From a virus, in the IMG/VR virus record IMGVR_UViG_3300025534_000213, positions 129,576 to 191,473 of that record: DNA of 61,898 bases; one strand, 5' to 3'. Positions within the stretch are counted from its first letter, which is position 1. Every line of letters begins with the position of its first letter. This document shows positions 59,720-61,898 of the stretch, piece by piece. The notes under the pieces were generated by a model. That model was not told the origin of the DNA and searched no databases. It saw nothing but the letters and a program-made list of their open reading frames with translations. Made by a program: the position numbers and the translations under genes.

Positions 59720-60289
59720 GTGACCACCATGAGAGACCTGATCCGTATCGTCGAGAGCGGCGGGGGCATCGTCCCGGACATGCCCTATCCATTCCTCTAT
59801 CACGCCACACGGAAGGCGAATCTGCCATCCATCCGGCAGAATGGTCTCCTGACGCGGCACTATGGCGCAGTCCACGGCGGCATGGATATCCATCCGCCAA
59901 AGCCCGCCATCTACCTTGCCCGTGGACGGTCCTCCAACAATCTGCACACCAGCCTGTTCGACGGAACGCCGCTGGTTGTCCTCAAGATCGATGCGACAAA
60001 GCTCGATCCCAACGAGATGTGGCCGGACGACGCGATCTACACGGCGTTCGCCAATGAGGAGGTGTTCACCACGGCACGGCAGGTCGCACAGGCTTTCGGG
60101 CTCGACCTGCCGCAGGCGAAGGAACTGCTTGAGCGCCTCGAAAACGCATCCGAGGATGAACTCCCGCTGCTGCTGAAACCGTGCTGGCGCTGGTATCTCT
60201 CGTGGAAGCGAGGGGGCGAGGTCGCCTACACGGCCGACATACCGCCCTCCGCCATCGTCGGCGTGCGGGACCTCTCCCCGAAGAACTGA
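59720..60289 (+). CDS. ART/Tpt1-like domain protein with MRDLIRIVE leader
   Basis: 'LYHAT...LPSI..NGL', 'IYLA', 'VLKID', 'IPPSAI'. Confidence 0.7.
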   Translation: MTTMRDLIRIVESGGGIVPDMPYPFLYHATRKANLPSIRQNGLLTRHYGAVHGGMDIHPPKPAIYLARGRSSNNLHTSLFDGTPLVVLKIDATKLDPNEMWPDDAIYTAFANEEVFTTARQVAQAFGLDLPQAKELLERLENASEDELPLLLKPCWRWYLSWKRGGEVAYTADIPPSAIVGVRDLSPKN

Positions 60290-60331
60290 CCTCCATTGGT
60301 GATAAGGGGCGGCCGAGCCGCCCCTTTCCCG

Positions 60332-60784
60332 TCAGTGGATCGTCGGCGGGGGCTCGTCCTCGTCGTCATCCAACCCGAGGCGCGCCCGCGCCACCGCCCG
60401 CATGGCCGCCGACGCCTCGTCGTAGGTGGCGTCGTCCATGTAGGAGTGGCAGACAAGGCGATCATCCTTTATCGCCGCCACGACGCCCCGGATTTTGTCC
60501 AGCCAGTGTATTCCGGCCTGCGTGCTGTAGGCGTACAGGAAGTTCAGGACAAGATCGCTGACGGCTTCCTCGCGGTGGAGATGGCCCGCCATCATGTCCT
60601 CCGCAATATCCATGGCGTCCAAAATGGCCGCCGCGATCCGGCTCTCATCATCAACCTGAACCTGCCGCTCATCGAAAGCGTTGTCGAGGTCAACGATAGC
60701 CATGGAAACGGTGTCGCGACTGACATCGGCAGCAAAGGTGCAGGTCGGCATCAGGACGGTGACGCCGAGCATTCCGTTCGACAC
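60332..60784 (-). CDS. hypothetical protein
   Basis: 150-aa ORF following glutaredoxin. Confidence 0.6.
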   Translation of the reverse strand: MSNGMLGVTVLMPTCTFAADVSRDTVSMAIVDLDNAFDERQVQVDDESRIAAAILDAMDIAEDMMAGHLHREEAVSDLVLNFLYAYSTQAGIHWLDKIRGVVAAIKDDRLVCHSYMDDATYDEASAAMRAVARARLGLDDDEDEPPPTIH

Positions 60785-60786
60785 GA

Positions 60787-61056
60787 TCAGAAATCCTCGT
60801 CGAACTTGCCTGCATTGAAGCGGGCCACAACATCGCTCTTGATCAGGTCGGTGTAGCCACCGATGCGCGTCCCATCGATGACGATCTGCGGGACCGTCCG
60901 CTGATTCCCGACAAGCCCGAATTTGTCGTACATGGCCTGCCGAGCGTTGTAGTCGTCAAAGATGAACTCGTCGAACGGAATGCCGTGCTGCGTCAGATAC
61001 TCCTTGGTGAGTTTGCAATAAGGGCAATCCGTCTTGCTGTAGACTTCGACATGCAT
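60787..61056 (-). CDS. glutaredoxin
   Basis: 'CPYC', 'TVPQI', 'IGGYTDL'. Confidence 0.92.
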   Translation of the reverse strand: MHVEVYSKTDCPYCKLTKEYLTQHGIPFDEFIFDDYNARQAMYDKFGLVGNQRTVPQIVIDGTRIGGYTDLIKSDVVARFNAGKFDEDF

Positions 61057-61171
61057 TCTCAAATGGCCTTTGAAAGCAGTTCTGTGTTCTGAAATGCCGC
61101 GCTATATATATAGCACGAAGCCCGCCTCGTTTCCATCTTCTTGCAAGATTGAAACCCGGACGGCTGCGGCA

Positions 61172-61411
61172 TCAGGACTTAAATGTGCCTCCGTCGAGGG
61201 TCACGGTCATGGAGGTCGCAGCAGCCTCCATTCGGGCCGCGAGGCGCGTCTCAAGGGCCGCCATGCGGGCGAGTACCTCGCCGATATTGGCGGCGAGCGC
61301 CATCGCCTCGGAGGTCTCCATACGCAGGTCGCGGGAGCGACTATGCGCTGCGCCTTTGGCGCGGGCCATGAACTGTTCGATGGCGTCGGTATTGATCGGC
61401 TTGGTCGCCAT
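61172..61411 (-). CDS. conserved small jumbo-phage-type protein ending 'DGGxF'
   Basis: 'IEQF...S.DLRM...EA...LDGGTF'. Confidence 0.65.
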   Translation of the reverse strand: MATKPINTDAIEQFMARAKGAAHSRSRDLRMETSEAMALAANIGEVLARMAALETRLAARMEAAATSMTVTLDGGTFKS

Positions 61412-61785
61412 CAGCCGGTCTCCTCATCATCCAAGTAGAGGAACTCGCCAATCGCAGCACCCCCGGACGGCGACACGACAATGAACCGGCCCGCCGCGAT
61501 GTCCGCATACGCCTGCGCAATCATCGCCCGCTCGATGAGGATTCGTGCATCATCGGCGCCGCCGATGCCCGCTTCTGCGGCGCGGCTCAGGACATGATGA
61601 ACATCATGCTGCTCGGAACGCGGCAGCGGGATCGCCCGGTCGCTGCCTTGCTCGCAGGCGGACATGAATGCGGACATCGCCTCGGTCGCACCTTCGATCT
61701 TACGGTCCCCGGCGATGGCAAGGACTCGGCGGATGGCCTCCTTGTCGGCCGGAGGCATCGGAAGCGGGTCAGTTTGGTATGGCAT
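61411..61785 (-). CDS. hypothetical protein
   Basis: GAGG SD; TGATG coupling. Confidence 0.6.
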   Translation of the reverse strand: MPYQTDPLPMPPADKEAIRRVLAIAGDRKIEGATEAMSAFMSACEQGSDRAIPLPRSEQHDVHHVLSRAAEAGIGGADDARILIERAMIAQAYADIAAGRFIVVSPSGGAAIGEFLYLDDEETG

Positions 61786-61898
61786 GGTGGGTTACCTCGA
61801 ATAGGGCGCATTGAGATACGCCGCGTGGTCATGCGCTTCGCGCGCAAGGCTGGGGAGATCGTGCTGCTCGCAGAACCGGAGGAAATGGATGCCGACGC

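Overview
GC-rich, gene-dense segment of what looks like a jumbo phage or phage-plasmid of an alphaproteobacterium (host and lifestyle inferred). It has T4-like TAAATA late-promoter motifs, many small phage hypothetical genes, virion-type genes, 12 tRNA genes and a translation/tRNA-maintenance kit (truncated ThrRS, two PTH2, RNA ligase, PNK-like kinase, nucleotidyltransferase). Other notable contents are putative head-packaged enzymes (ADP-ribosyltransferase-like polyprotein, GNAT, zincin, amidoligase), an IS1595-family element carrying an intact-looking TnpB, and an HNH gene next to a tRNA-Asn interrupted in its anticodon. Best candidate for an undescribed system: a leader-peptide attenuator (41561-41724, minus strand) in front of a 7-tRNA array. 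Eleven consecutive leader codons (AGC AGC CGG TCC TAT TCC TCG TCG TCC TAT TGG) are all read by the downstream Ser/Arg/Tyr/Trp tRNAs, and the leader is followed by mutually exclusive antiterminator/terminator helices. This suggests the phage makes these tRNAs on demand when the host's equivalents are depleted or cleaved. All product calls come from motif reading by eye; no database searches or folding programs were run.
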